IMG/VR virus record: IMGVR_UViG_3300044701_003563
From: a virus
Strand: one strand, 5' to 3'
Length of the DNA: 64,000 nt
A program made the position numbers and the translations under genes. Below are positions 9,205 through 19,269 of this stretch, piece by piece; positions within the stretch are counted from its first letter, which is position 1; each line of letters starts with the position of its first letter. The notes under the pieces were generated by a model. The model saw only the letters and a program-made list of their open reading frames with translations, was not told the DNA's origin and made no database searches.

Positions 9205-12200
9205 TTATGATGTAGAATACTGACCGTATACTCCCAAAACATAAGAAGAACTTGATGTAAATGATCCAGAAGCATCACAGAAGAAAGTAAATCCTATAAT
9301 ATAAGAATCTGAAACACTTACTGAAGTAGGAGGTATATTTCCGTTCAGCCATCTCAAGTTTGATGCTGGAATGATGGTCGAATTTATTTGAAGTTTTGTT
9401 ATCAAATTGCTAGTCCCACTTACATTAAGAACGACAGTATAGTTGTATGTTCTATTTGGAGTAGTTGGAACTGATGTTATATTTAGGGTATCAACAGAAC
9501 CTATCGTTCCATCCACTCTGAATATTGGTCCATTAGCAAATGAAACTGATATTACGTTTGAAACTGTGCTGGATGTTGTATTAACAACATCGGAGATTTG
9601 GAAGAATGTGGAAATGCCAGTTACCTGATCTCCTGCCTTATTGAAAGGATTATACCCCAATCTTGCGGGTATATTTGTGTAGAAAGATCCTGGTCTTCCT
9701 GTTCCAGTTCCATCGCCAGGACCATCTAGTAATCCAGTAGAAATTCCAGCAATATATACCTGATTAGATGCATTTGTAATTCTGGATGGAATAGACGCAT
9801 TAGTATTTAAATCTTCAGGTTGTTCTCCCTGAACTCTTGAAGCATTTAAATTAGAAACTAAAACACTACTAGAAACTGTAAAGGGTGGTGTTGATCCATC
9901 ATTAACAGTAGATCTAAATCTTGTAGATTCGACAACATCTCTTGCTACAATTCCACCGTATACATTAAATGTTGTAGTTGCAGAACCTACTATTAAATCT
10001 GCAACTCTGTTTATTCCTGCATACCATATATATCCGAAACTATTGACATTTTGAGGAACACTCCACCATAAAACATTATTATTTCTTCCTACGGCATAGT
10101 TTGTAGCACTTGAAGTTAATTTTTGGTCATAGATTATTCTTGTTCCATTACTTCTAACTGCAAAAATTGGATCCCCAAGTCCCTGATTTGGAGCTGTTCC
10201 AGGAAGTTCTGTGCCAGTACCAAAATTAATTGGGAAAACGGGTGATTGGAATTTAATGGTTGCAATACCAACAGAGTTTAGGTCCTGTCCATATTCCGAA
10301 ATAACTTTAACACCAAATCCTAAAGATGAACCAACAAAGTTAATAACCTCTTTAGTTGCAAATGCTGGAGCGCCAGATGGAGTGAGAGTTGGAAAATATT
10401 CACCAAAATCGTTTCCAGTAACAATACCTACTTTGTTGGCAGCTCCTTGAGTTAATGCAAATGTAACTGTTGTTATTCCCGTTGATTCATTATATTGCTG
10501 CGTAATGTTTACATTATTGCCAGATTCAAATCTAAGAATTCTGGTTAATTCAGCATCAACTAATGCAGAGGATGTTACATCAACGCCATACAAACTGTCA
10601 TTTATCCATCCATATTCTTGCCATTTTATTTGATTATCTGTAGGATCTGTGGCATATACCCACCCAACATTACCTCCAATCTGAGGAAGTGCATTTAAAA
10701 CTCTATCTCCAACGTTTGCTGCAGTTGTTGGTCTTGTTGTCGATATTCCAATTTCTCTGGAAATATCCAAATCACCTCTAATATTCAGTTTTCTCAATTC
10801 TAATCCATTCTCTGAAGTGGAAGTTATCTTCTCATTAAATATTGTTGGACCATTAAATTCGGAAATAAGATTTGATTCTTTTCCTCCATTAACTTTAATA
10901 GATCTGTTTACAACAATTTCTTCTGGTGTAGTTATATTATATCCACCTTCAGAAGTTAATTCTAGAGGTTCTTCTCCAGTTACTGTTGGGATAGGAGACT
11001 CAAAAATCTGATCCTTTCCAGTACTTGTTAATTTTCTGTTATTATTATAAAAATCTCCATCACTATTCATTGCTGAATATAAGATAGTTCCTCCATCAAT
11101 TTTGGTGGATTGGGACAATATTACTTCTTGAGGACTTAATACTCTATCTTGTCTTTCGGGCAATGCAGTTGAATAATTACCTGGACCAAATCCAAGATAT
11201 TCAAAAGTATGTCCAGATGCACGAATAATTGAATTTCTTCTAAACTCGATTGGGAATACTTTAATTTTTTGAACTGTAGAATTCCTTTGATGAGTTTCTC
11301 TTTTAGTTCCAAGTAAAGCTCTAATAACACTAATACTATTACTTGTAACTCTTTGAGATATTCTCATTATCTCATTGTTAACCAATAAATAATCGCCAAG
11401 TTTTAATTCACTAATTAAAGTTGAGTTATATAAAACAAGAGGAGTGGAGTCACTGGAAGTGTTATTAAGTTGAGTACCTACATATCCAGTAAATTTATCA
11501 TAAATATACTTCAATCTTCCAGATGAGTATTCATCTCTTAAATTAATATCCCCTCCACTTGCAGCATAATTTACTGGAATTGCTTTAATAGTTCCACTAG
11601 TCGATTGTGAAGAATTTGATTTTCCTACATTAATTCTTACACTTAATTGACTATTAACTCTAGTTACAACAAAGTTTTTATCATTATAAAAACTATTAGT
11701 AGCTCCATAAAGTGATATTGTTGATCCAGATTTAAATGGATGTGTTGTAGTAAAACCAACAGTTCCTACACCACTAATTCGATCATAAGAGATCGAATTT
11801 ACATTTAACGCAGTTCCAGAAATATTTCCAATGGCATTATCAGATGCATCTCCAATTGAAGGTAAAACTTGAGTTAAAGTTTTTTGGGATTCCACTTCAA
11901 TTTGTTTGGGGAATCCAGTTTTAACAGAAGTAACAATATAATTACCATTATATTGATCATAAGTTTTTGATACTGATTTTACTGACGAAACATTAATTAC
12001 AATTCCTTGCGAATTATTAATATTTGATACCGTAAACAATGCTGAATTTGAATTTGTCCATGATGCACCTGTAGATAATCCTACAGCAGATAATGTGTTT
12101 CCTATTCCGTATGCACTTCCGCCATCTAATATAGTAACAGAATTTACAACCCCACTTGCATTAATATTAACAATTGCTGTTGCCTTTGTTCCCGTAGTTG

Positions 12201-15200
12201 AACCAGCGAATCCAACTAAAGAAATATTATAATATGTTCCAGGAACATAATTTTGTCCAGAATTGGTAATTGATACTTCTAGAATAGAATTTAAATTATG
12301 CTCTCTTGATGTATAAATTGTGTGTGAAGTTCCAGAGGAAGAACCGATATCGAAAATGTCAAACCCAAATTTAAGGTCTTGTAGATTTTTATAAAGTGTT
12401 TCTTTTGTTATGCTATTCTGGGGATCATTTATTGAAACTTGTCCGATAGGATCTGGCAATGCATAACAGAAAGATTCAGTTGGGTCTGAATTTGGATTAT
12501 CTCTATTTAATTGTGGGTAAAGATTTTGAATTGGTTGAGAGAATGATAACTCAGTAAATGGAGATACTGAAGGTGAATTGGAAGAATTTGTTAAGGTTAT
12601 ATGATAAATTCCATCTTGCCTGTCTTTTTCATAAGGTTGTATTTCTTCACTTCTAAAAATTTGATATGTATTTTTTAATTTTCTATTTACATATCTTGGT
12701 AAAGATTCTGGATCTCTTGTATTAATATTGTTATCAAATAACCCAGGATTAACTGGCAAAAGATAAGAAAATTCTCTAGAACTACTTACATCAATTACTT
12801 CAAATGTTCCATTATATCCTTTATTAAATTCTCCTTCAGGATTGTTGTCGGTAATAATATTATAAATTGAAACTTGAGAACCTTCGTTTAAGTTGTGGGG
12901 GAGTTCGGTCGTGACTGTAACAGTGTTAGATACCCAAACTGCATTTGAAATATATCTAAGATTTCTTAATTCAGTGGGGTTTGTCAAAGTTACCGATGCT
13001 TGTGGAAAATATTTTGATAATTCTACAACATCTGATGCATTTGTTGATGATGAATCTTGTAAAATATATCCATCCAAAGGAGGTCTAGAAGTAAATGTAC
13101 TGTCTTTTGGAAGAACATATCTAAATTTATAAATTTTATCATCATTAGACCTTTTATCTGGAGTTCTTTTTATAAAAGTTCTGGAAGAAACTACTTCTGG
13201 GAATGGTCCAGATGGATATAAGGACTGATATTTAGTAAAGACTGTGTTAGTCAATGGATTACATAAAATATACCACCCAGCTGTTTTTCCTCCTAAAGAT
13301 ACAACAGCAGATGAGTCAAATTTTAATGGACTTCCAGGATCATTTGGTTTTTTGTCTGTAACTCTACTAATAACATCTATTATTCCACCTTTATTATTAA
13401 AGACTACTTGCTCAGCACCATTAATAGCATCTTGTTGATTTGATGATAATTTGATAGTTCTTAATGAGTCATTAATTACATAATAAGTTTTTCCAGGGGA
13501 AATGCCATCTGGAAGTGATCCACTCTTTGGCACTAATGTAACAGATTCTCCTGGTCTAAATGAATGTTCAGAAATAAATTCTATTGTATTATTTACGATA
13601 GAATTGATGCCAACATTGCTTTGTCCTACTCTGTATGTTTTTTCTGCAACAATATTGAAAAGATCTGGATTGGCAGTAGTACTTTGAGTATCACCCATAA
13701 CAACGTCTGCGGTGAAAATACCCAGACCAGATGAAGGATCATTTATTTGAAGGTATAATTTTTCATTTTTTGAAGCACCAAATCTATATCCATTTAAAAT
13801 ATAATCTGGTGGGCTATTGATATCATTCTCATTGTAAATATACAATCTAGATGCGTTGTTGATTGTACGAGTTAATTGAACGTCTATAGGAACATACTCA
13901 AGAGTTTGCTCTTCAGAATCTATTTCTTTTGGTGCTACAATATGAGTAATATAACCGCAATCATCTCTTATGAAAGATGAATCTCTAAATCCGTTTGAGA
14001 CTAAAGATTTGGCTCCAAAGTTGGAGTTTGAGTTTGTAATTGAATGATCACCACCAGATTCTGCTAAGAAATGATTTGCAAAACCAATAGCAAATACAGA
14101 AACTAACTGTAAGAAAGCATTATTAGATGCTTTAATGTGATAGTTTTCATATGAAGGTTTAAATCTAGATAAGGAATTTGTATGTCCATTTGGTTCATTT
14201 GAAATATAAATTCCCTGTGCTTTATCATATCTTACGAAAGCTCTATCATCTTTTTGAAGTCCAATTCCAGTGAACTGTGCAACAACCATGCTTTGGAATC
14301 CTGTGGCATTTTTTCCATCGGCATGTAATCCACACATTCCATATACTGATCTAAGAGAACAGTTAAAAATATATGGAGATGCTGAACTTACAGTATCTAC
14401 AGTAATACTTACTCTTGCATTTGATGCATTGGGGTTTATTTGCTCTGGTACTGTTGCAACAATATATTTAAATGTTTGATTATCTACAACTTCAGAAACA
14501 GCATATTGTCCATTATAACCAGGCTCAGTAACTCCACTAATTTGTATAGCAGTATCTACACTTAATTCATTTACTTCTCTATCTAAAGTAACAGTAATTT
14601 CAGTTGTTCCTACTATTCCATTTCCAGATCTTATTTGACTTATTCCTACTTCAGATCCTCTAGAACCAACCACTCGGAATTCATCAACAACTGGTTCAAT
14701 ATCAACATCTGATGGATAGTCTGGGGATATTGTTCTACCTGCGCCATATCCTAATCCAATTTTTTCATAATACATTTGTAGATCAGTTCGATCTGTAGAA
14801 TATGTTAAAAAGTCATCTTCAATTTTAACCGAATTTATTCCATCCGCATATTCAAATACTGTTAATTTGTGGTGAGAGAAGTTTGGTACAGTTTGATTTC
14901 CAGTATAATCCGAAAAAATTAATCCATTAGGATCTCCATCTAAAACAGTAAACTGCCAAAAATAACAACCACCAGTTACTCTGAAAAGAGCAGTTCTTTC
15001 AATCTCATTATTTTCTGGATTTGGAACATATAGGGGACGAATTTTAGTTTTTCTAAGATCTAATCCCACAATAGATGTACCTCTTGGTACAATAACTCCA
15101 CCATAAACACTGTTAAATTTATAGAGATCATTTACTGAATCTAAAATATCAAAATTACTTTCAAAATCTAACTCTAAACTTGCATTGATATTTACCAATC

Positions 15201-15495
15201 CACTTCTGGTAGAAAATAAACTTGATCCAGTTGGTATATATCCTGGCCTGTTATCAATATAATGATCTCCTGGATATAACAAGATTGTAGTTTTTAAAAA
15301 TCTATCGTTTTTCTTTCCTCTTTGATAAGAAAATCTAGCTGCCTCAAGAAGTGCCCTTTGGATAGTTTTAAAGGGTCTAGTTAAAGAATTGCCCTGATTT
15401 TCTACACTATCTGTAGAGTCTAAACTATTTGGATCTACATAAATGATATTTCCCTTTACATTCTTCAGAAAATTGCTTAATCTAGAGAGACCCAT
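9205..15495 (-). CDS. Conserved cyanomyovirus large virion structural protein (2096 aa, fibre/baseplate-associated)
   Basis: N-terminus MGLSRLSNFLKNVKGNIIYVDPN...RPFKTIQRALLEAARFSY is typical of T4-like cyanophage structural proteins; beta-rich; late-promoter-like CTAAATA upstream (15526-15532). Confidence 0.8.
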   Translation of the reverse strand: MGLSRLSNFLKNVKGNIIYVDPNSLDSTDSVENQGNSLTRPFKTIQRALLEAARFSYQRGKKNDRFLKTTILLYPGDHYIDNRPGYIPTGSSLFSTRSGLVNINASLELDFESNFDILDSVNDLYKFNSVYGGVIVPRGTSIVGLDLRKTKIRPLYVPNPENNEIERTALFRVTGGCYFWQFTVLDGDPNGLIFSDYTGNQTVPNFSHHKLTVFEYADGINSVKIEDDFLTYSTDRTDLQMYYEKIGLGYGAGRTISPDYPSDVDIEPVVDEFRVVGSRGSEVGISQIRSGNGIVGTTEITVTLDREVNELSVDTAIQISGVTEPGYNGQYAVSEVVDNQTFKYIVATVPEQINPNASNARVSITVDTVSSASPYIFNCSLRSVYGMCGLHADGKNATGFQSMVVAQFTGIGLQKDDRAFVRYDKAQGIYISNEPNGHTNSLSRFKPSYENYHIKASNNAFLQLVSVFAIGFANHFLAESGGDHSITNSNSNFGAKSLVSNGFRDSSFIRDDCGYITHIVAPKEIDSEEQTLEYVPIDVQLTRTINNASRLYIYNENDINSPPDYILNGYRFGASKNEKLYLQINDPSSGLGIFTADVVMGDTQSTTANPDLFNIVAEKTYRVGQSNVGINSIVNNTIEFISEHSFRPGESVTLVPKSGSLPDGISPGKTYYVINDSLRTIKLSSNQQDAINGAEQVVFNNKGGIIDVISRVTDKKPNDPGSPLKFDSSAVVSLGGKTAGWYILCNPLTNTVFTKYQSLYPSGPFPEVVSSRTFIKRTPDKRSNDDKIYKFRYVLPKDSTFTSRPPLDGYILQDSSSTNASDVVELSKYFPQASVTLTNPTELRNLRYISNAVWVSNTVTVTTELPHNLNEGSQVSIYNIITDNNPEGEFNKGYNGTFEVIDVSSSREFSYLLPVNPGLFDNNINTRDPESLPRYVNRKLKNTYQIFRSEEIQPYEKDRQDGIYHITLTNSSNSPSVSPFTELSFSQPIQNLYPQLNRDNPNSDPTESFCYALPDPIGQVSINDPQNSITKETLYKNLQDLKFGFDIFDIGSSSGTSHTIYTSREHNLNSILEVSITNSGQNYVPGTYYNISLVGFAGSTTGTKATAIVNINASGVVNSVTILDGGSAYGIGNTLSAVGLSTGASWTNSNSALFTVSNINNSQGIVINVSSVKSVSKTYDQYNGNYIVTSVKTGFPKQIEVESQKTLTQVLPSIGDASDNAIGNISGTALNVNSISYDRISGVGTVGFTTTHPFKSGSTISLYGATNSFYNDKNFVVTRVNSQLSVRINVGKSNSSQSTSGTIKAIPVNYAASGGDINLRDEYSSGRLKYIYDKFTGYVGTQLNNTSSDSTPLVLYNSTLISELKLGDYLLVNNEIMRISQRVTSNSISVIRALLGTKRETHQRNSTVQKIKVFPIEFRRNSIIRASGHTFEYLGFGPGNYSTALPERQDRVLSPQEVILSQSTKIDGGTILYSAMNSDGDFYNNNRKLTSTGKDQIFESPIPTVTGEEPLELTSEGGYNITTPEEIVVNRSIKVNGGKESNLISEFNGPTIFNEKITSTSENGLELRKLNIRGDLDISREIGISTTRPTTAANVGDRVLNALPQIGGNVGWVYATDPTDNQIKWQEYGWINDSLYGVDVTSSALVDAELTRILRFESGNNVNITQQYNESTGITTVTFALTQGAANKVGIVTGNDFGEYFPTLTPSGAPAFATKEVINFVGSSLGFGVKVISEYGQDLNSVGIATIKFQSPVFPINFGTGTELPGTAPNQGLGDPIFAVRSNGTRIIYDQKLTSSATNYAVGRNNNVLWWSVPQNVNSFGYIWYAGINRVADLIVGSATTTFNVYGGIVARDVVESTRFRSTVNDGSTPPFTVSSSVLVSNLNASRVQGEQPEDLNTNASIPSRITNASNQVYIAGISTGLLDGPGDGTGTGRPGSFYTNIPARLGYNPFNKAGDQVTGISTFFQISDVVNTTSSTVSNVISVSFANGPIFRVDGTIGSVDTLNITSVPTTPNRTYNYTVVLNVSGTSNLITKLQINSTIIPASNLRWLNGNIPPTSVSVSDSYIIGFTFFCDASGSFTSSSSYVLGVYGQYSTS

Positions 15496-15558
15496 TTTAT
15501 TAACGTACTTGTTTTCGTTACTGATTATTTAGTCGAAAACAAAATAGAAATTTATTTT

Positions 15559-15717
15559 TTATTTTATTAAATACTCTACGGTGTCAGCAATGTCTTGCAT
15601 TGCTAATCTAAGATCTTCTCTTTGCCCAGTTTCTTGTTTACAGATTGGTCTTCTATCATCAACAAGAGACCATCTCCACAAGTTCATATCTTTACAGTGC
15701 CAGAGATTAATTTTCAT
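15559..15717 (-). CDS. Small hypothetical protein (52 aa, MKINLWHCKDM...)
   Basis: ORF-track ORF trimmed to the ATG at 15717 because its upstream part overlaps tRNA-Pro. Confidence 0.6.
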   Translation of the reverse strand: MKINLWHCKDMNLWRWSLVDDRRPICKQETGQREDLRLAMQDIADTVEYLIK

Positions 15718-15734
15718 TTGATGATAGATTTTAT

Positions 15735-15811
<77 letters not shown>

Positions 15812-15886
15812 TGGAGCCCCCTATCGGATTTGAACCGATGACCAACGGTTTACAAAACCGTTGCTCTACCACTGAGCTAAAGAGGC
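15812..15886 (-). tRNA. tRNA-Thr(TGT), CCA encoded
   Basis: GCCTCTT...AGGGGGCTCCA; anticodon arm ACGGT-TTTGTAA-ACCGT; abuts tRNA-Pro with no spacer. Confidence 0.95.
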
Positions 15887-15970
15887 AATTGGGGGCGTCC
15901 GTATAAACTGGACCTTTTGTACTCCCCCTTTGTCTTAGGAGATTGCAACCGATTTCTCAGTTACTTGTAT

Positions 15971-15999
15971 ACTATAAGACACTTGTGGTTTTTTGTCAA
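15971..15999 (-). promoter_or_regulatory. Sigma70-type promoter for the Thr/Pro tRNAs
   Basis: TTGACA-N17-TATAGT. Confidence 0.8.
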
Positions 16000-16003
16000 G
16001 TCC

Positions 16004-16288
16004 TCAATCTTTTGGAACGAGGTCTGGGTAATCAACTTCAATTGGAAATAAACATGGGTGTGCTTCTTCTGCTATTAAATATGAAGAAGACATATAAAGA
16101 TCATGTGGTGTGAATACTTTATATTTATTAGCTTCCATCTCTAAAGTTGGATCCCAAAGAGAGATTTCTGGAATATCATCGAATGTATAAGGATAGTTTT
16201 CAATAAAATACATTTTAACAACGTATTTTTTTGATCCAGGTTCTTGTGGATCATACCAGCAAAAACAAGTACTTACTCGGTATATCAT
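16004..16288 (-). CDS. Hypothetical cyanophage protein
   Basis: 94-aa ORF preceded by T4-type late promoter TATAAATA (16313-16320). Confidence 0.7.
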   Translation of the reverse strand: MIYRVSTCFCWYDPQEPGSKKYVVKMYFIENYPYTFDDIPEISLWDPTLEMEANKYKVFTPHDLYMSSSYLIAEEAHPCLFPIEVDYPDLVPKD

Positions 16289-16312
16289 AAGATTCTTGGA
16301 TCTTATTTTAAG

Positions 16313-16320
16313 TATTTATA
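16313..16320 (-). promoter_or_regulatory. T4-type late promoter
   Basis: Exact TATAAATA immediately 3' of tRNA-Leu(TAA). Confidence 0.65.
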
Positions 16321-16321
16321 G

Positions 16322-16404
16322 TAGGACGAGGGGGACTTGAACCCCCACAGGCAATGCCCGACAGATTTTAAGTCTGGTGTGTCTACCGATTCCACCACCG
16401 TCCC
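16322..16404 (-). tRNA. tRNA-Leu(TAA)
   Basis: GGGACGG...TCGTCCTA; anticodon loop CTTAAAA; long variable arm. Confidence 0.93.
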
Positions 16405-16408
16405 GAGG

Positions 16409-16480
16409 TGCTTCTGCAGGGACTTGAACCCCGTTCACTCCGTTATAAGCAGAGGGCCTTAACCTATAGGCGACAGAAGC
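16409..16480 (-). tRNA. tRNA-Ile(TAT)
   Basis: GCTTCTG...CAGAAGCA; anticodon arm CTCTG-CTTATAA-CGGAG; T-loop GTTCAAGTC. Confidence 0.88.
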
Positions 16481-16497
16481 ATTTCTCGTATATGACA

Positions 16498-16526
16498 ATC
16501 ATAGCAGGTCTTGCTTTGATTGTCAA
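16498..16526 (-). promoter_or_regulatory. Sigma70-type promoter inside the tRNA cluster, embedded in an inverted repeat
   Basis: TTGACA-N17-TATGAT; TGACAATCA...TGATTGTCA palindrome. Confidence 0.75.
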
Positions 16527-16527
16527 G

Positions 16528-16608
16528 TGCCCCTAGTCAGATTTGAACTGACAAACCCGTAGGCGGTTGATTTTGAGTCAACTGTGTTTACCGTTTCACC
16601 ACAGGGGC
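16528..16608 (-). tRNA. tRNA-Leu(CAA)
   Basis: GCCCCTG...TAGGGGCA; anticodon arm GTTGA-CTCAAAA-TCAAC; long variable arm. Confidence 0.92.
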
Positions 16609-16684
16609 TGGTGCTCCTTGAGGGGATCGAACCCACCTGATACCGATTATGAGTCGGGTGCTTTCACCAGATAGCTAAAGGAGC
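16609..16684 (-). tRNA. tRNA with CAT anticodon (probably Ile2/lysidine type, possibly Met), CCA encoded
   Basis: GCTCCTT...AAGGAGCACCA; anticodon CCGA-CTCATAA-TCGG; C4-G69 and C5-G68 pairs as in TilS substrates; lacks the initiator 3 G-C anticodon-stem pairs. Confidence 0.88.
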
Positions 16685-16713
16685 AAGAATACTCGGAAAC
16701 CGAGTATTTAAAT

Positions 16714-16905
16714 TCAACTTGAGTAAGTGGGAGGATTATACTTCAAGTATTCAAAGAAAGTTAATTTCATTTCTTTTTGAGTCATACCGCAATGTTTTGC
16801 TGCAGCAGGAAGAGTCATTTTGCAATTGAATAATGCTTCGTTTGCTTCTCTTACATTTTCTGGAGTTGTCTTTGTTGGGATTTCTTTAAGTTCTTTGTAA
16901 TTCAT
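16714..16905 (-). CDS. Small conserved hypothetical protein (possible helix-turn-helix)
   Basis: 63 aa, MTLPAAAKHCGMTQKEMKLTF segment. Confidence 0.65.
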   Translation of the reverse strand: MNYKELKEIPTKTTPENVREANEALFNCKMTLPAAAKHCGMTQKEMKLTFFEYLKYNPPTYSS

Positions 16906-17070
16906 TCAGTCAATAAAACCTTGAATTTGTTTCAGCTTTGCATGTGCAATGCATTCTACCATAGTCCAGTATGCTTCACCACTTAGAGGGAAATTTTCCT
17001 GTGTGAAGTGTGCTGCTACGTCTTCTTGCATTGCGACAAGATCATTGCTGACTTCTCTATCCACTTGCAT
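16906..17070 (-). CDS. Small hypothetical protein (MQVDREVSND...)
   Basis: ATG at 17070, downstream of a sigma70 promoter. Confidence 0.65.
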   Translation of the reverse strand: MQVDREVSNDLVAMQEDVAAHFTQENFPLSGEAYWTMVECIAHAKLKQIQGFID

Positions 17071-17101
17071 TGAGGGGGGTCCGTCAGTTGAGTACCTACA
17101 T

Positions 17102-17130
17102 ATTGTACTACACCCCTTGCCCGTCGTCAA
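17102..17130 (-). promoter_or_regulatory. Sigma70-type promoter
   Basis: TTGACG-N17-TACAAT. Confidence 0.7.
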
Positions 17131-17135
17131 GCCCC

Positions 17136-17972
17136 ATGAAAGTTGCGTTGATCCTTACTGGACATATGAGAGACTGGGAAGATTTTTTCCCAACTATTAA
17201 ACAGGAAATACTTGATAGATACAATCCCGATGTATATATCTCATCATTTAATCATAATTTGGATAGTATAAGAGAATATGACACTGAAGAAGGTCATATT
17301 ATTGATGATCGAAAGGATGATTTGGAATATTTTAATATAGCAAAAATCTTGGAATATTATAAACCAAAAAAATATATTTTTAGAGATGATAATTATCAGT
17401 TAGATTTTAAGTTTAACACCATTTCCATTGAAAGAATTCCTAGAGAGTGGGCAGAAAGAAATATTTTAAGTTGGCATACAGTATATCTCTCCCTTGAATT
17501 AATAAATTTGGAAGATTATGATATTATTATTAGAGCTAGGCCAGATGTATATGTTAGAAATATAAAATTGTATAGAAACGAAAACTTAGTAATACCAGAT
17601 TTATGCGTAGATCCAGGTCCATGTACAATAAATGAAGGATTATATCCAGATTTCGCATATGGAAATTCAAAATATATGCAAAAATATCTTGCAACTTACG
17701 AAAAGTTACAAGAAATGCATTCAAAGGGGTTGACTGATATTTCGGTAAGAGAAATGACCCTAATGGATTATGTCAAAAAATATATTGGTTTGGATAATAT
17801 TTGCATGGATCCCGAAATAGAATGGAGATATAAAGATACCGAATGGTCAACCCAATTAAGAGAGATGCAATTTATGACTCAAATGGACAATCCATTGGGA
17901 TGGTTTGAACATGGGCAAATTACTCAGGAAGAACTTGATTTTATAATGAAAGCCACTGAGACGGGTGAGTAG
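17136..17972 (+). CDS. Putative glycosyltransferase-like protein
   Basis: MKVALILTGHMR N-terminus and YDIIIRARPD motif, typical of phage and capsule-cluster glycan-modifying proteins. Confidence 0.55.
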   Translation: MKVALILTGHMRDWEDFFPTIKQEILDRYNPDVYISSFNHNLDSIREYDTEEGHIIDDRKDDLEYFNIAKILEYYKPKKYIFRDDNYQLDFKFNTISIERIPREWAERNILSWHTVYLSLELINLEDYDIIIRARPDVYVRNIKLYRNENLVIPDLCVDPGPCTINEGLYPDFAYGNSKYMQKYLATYEKLQEMHSKGLTDISVREMTLMDYVKKYIGLDNICMDPEIEWRYKDTEWSTQLREMQFMTQMDNPLGWFEHGQITQEELDFIMKATETGE

Positions 17973-18624
17973 ATCCTTGATGATGATAGAAAGAATCTTC
18001 AGATAAAGTTATTCTAATATCTCCAGCAACAACAATTCGTTCATCTGCTCTATCAATATATTGTTGAGTGAAGTGTCCAATATTGCTTGGAAAAATTACA
18101 ACAGTTCCTTCAACAGGAGTAATCGTATAGACACTACAATTGTATCTATTATATTGCTTAATTAAATTATGCTTTTCTGCAGTTTCAAAAAGTCCACGTA
18201 TGCATTCATTTTTATTATCTCCCTGAACAGAAACGCAAAATTTATCTGAAGTTGGATCTGTTTTGAGATAATAAACAAAACTTAAATTCGATTCGTTATG
18301 CGTATGTGGGGATACTGATGGAGTTTCATTATCTCCATGATAACCTACCCAAGTTTTGACTACATGGTAAGATAATTTTGAATGATCAACTGAGAGTGTA
18401 TCAAAATAACCATCAACATTCCTTTTCAATTCGGAAAAAAAATCGGAATAGTTTTCATTCAAATGTGCAAAAATTTTACCAGAGCATTCTGGACTTTCAT
18501 GTACATATCCATTAAACCAATAATCACGAAGTTCATCAAGATATTTTTCTTTAAATTCTTTGTGTGTTCTAATTGTACCTTGATAAACAATTAGAGGACA
18601 TACCTCATGAATTGTATTCTCCAT
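17941..18624 (-). CDS. Putative 2OG-Fe(II) oxygenase
   Basis: PHTH...LSFVYYL, PVEGTVVIFPSNIGH and ERIVVA jelly-roll motifs. Confidence 0.8.
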   Translation of the reverse strand: MENTIHEVCPLIVYQGTIRTHKEFKEKYLDELRDYWFNGYVHESPECSGKIFAHLNENYSDFFSELKRNVDGYFDTLSVDHSKLSYHVVKTWVGYHGDNETPSVSPHTHNESNLSFVYYLKTDPTSDKFCVSVQGDNKNECIRGLFETAEKHNLIKQYNRYNCSVYTITPVEGTVVIFPSNIGHFTQQYIDRADERIVVAGDIRITLSEDSFYHHQGSTHPSQWLSL

Positions 18625-19267
18625 CAAATATCAGACCTTCATTAATAGTACTACCACTATTATCTCCTGGATATGCCATTGGCGTCAACCCCTCATATTC
18701 TGAAATATTTTTCTCAACATCAATTCGTTCTGCCATAATTTGATAGTAACAATTTATTGGTCCGCCCAAATTATTTTTAACAATTACTCTTGTTCCCCAT
18801 TGGACTGCTTCAACAAATAATTCTTGATATACACCAATCGGTGTTAAAGTAACATTTATAGTATCTAAATTAACTAATTTTGGCCAATAGTCGGGAAGTT
18901 TAATAACATTTCCTTCTGCCAATTTTCCTTTAATATAAACATCAGCATCTGGACCTTCTAAACATACATGCCTTAATCTATGCCCATCTCTTGTTGGATG
19001 GGGAATATCAAAACTTTTTTTAGCATTCCAAACGCAAGATCTTGATGATAATGTCCCACCACATCCATCAGTCCATCTCAAATCATTAACGAAAACTCTA
19101 TCATGATAATATAATTGGCACCCATTGAAAACATCAAAACTTCTATTGTCATCCCCCGTATATGGAAGTAGAGGTCTTATAAAACTTCCATATGGTATTG
19201 CCCATATTTGTTTTGGTCTGCAGTTCGGTTTTGCAACCGTTCTTGGAGTCATATTTGTTCCAGCCAT
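18605..19267 (-). CDS. Baseplate/spike-associated structural protein (paralog of the next gene)
   Basis: C-terminal KSFDIPHPT...RLRHVCLEGP..VYIKG domain; lies in the gp5 operon. Confidence 0.6.
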   Translation of the reverse strand: MAGTNMTPRTVAKPNCRPKQIWAIPYGSFIRPLLPYTGDDNRSFDVFNGCQLYYHDRVFVNDLRWTDGCGGTLSSRSCVWNAKKSFDIPHPTRDGHRLRHVCLEGPDADVYIKGKLAEGNVIKLPDYWPKLVNLDTINVTLTPIGVYQELFVEAVQWGTRVIVKNNLGGPINCYYQIMAERIDVEKNISEYEGLTPMAYPGDNSGSTINEGLIFDGEYNS

Positions 19268-19269
19268 AA

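Noticed and set aside
16316-16498. 60-aa ORF, and the 5' extension of ORF 15559..15795
   Set aside because: They overlap clear tRNA genes.
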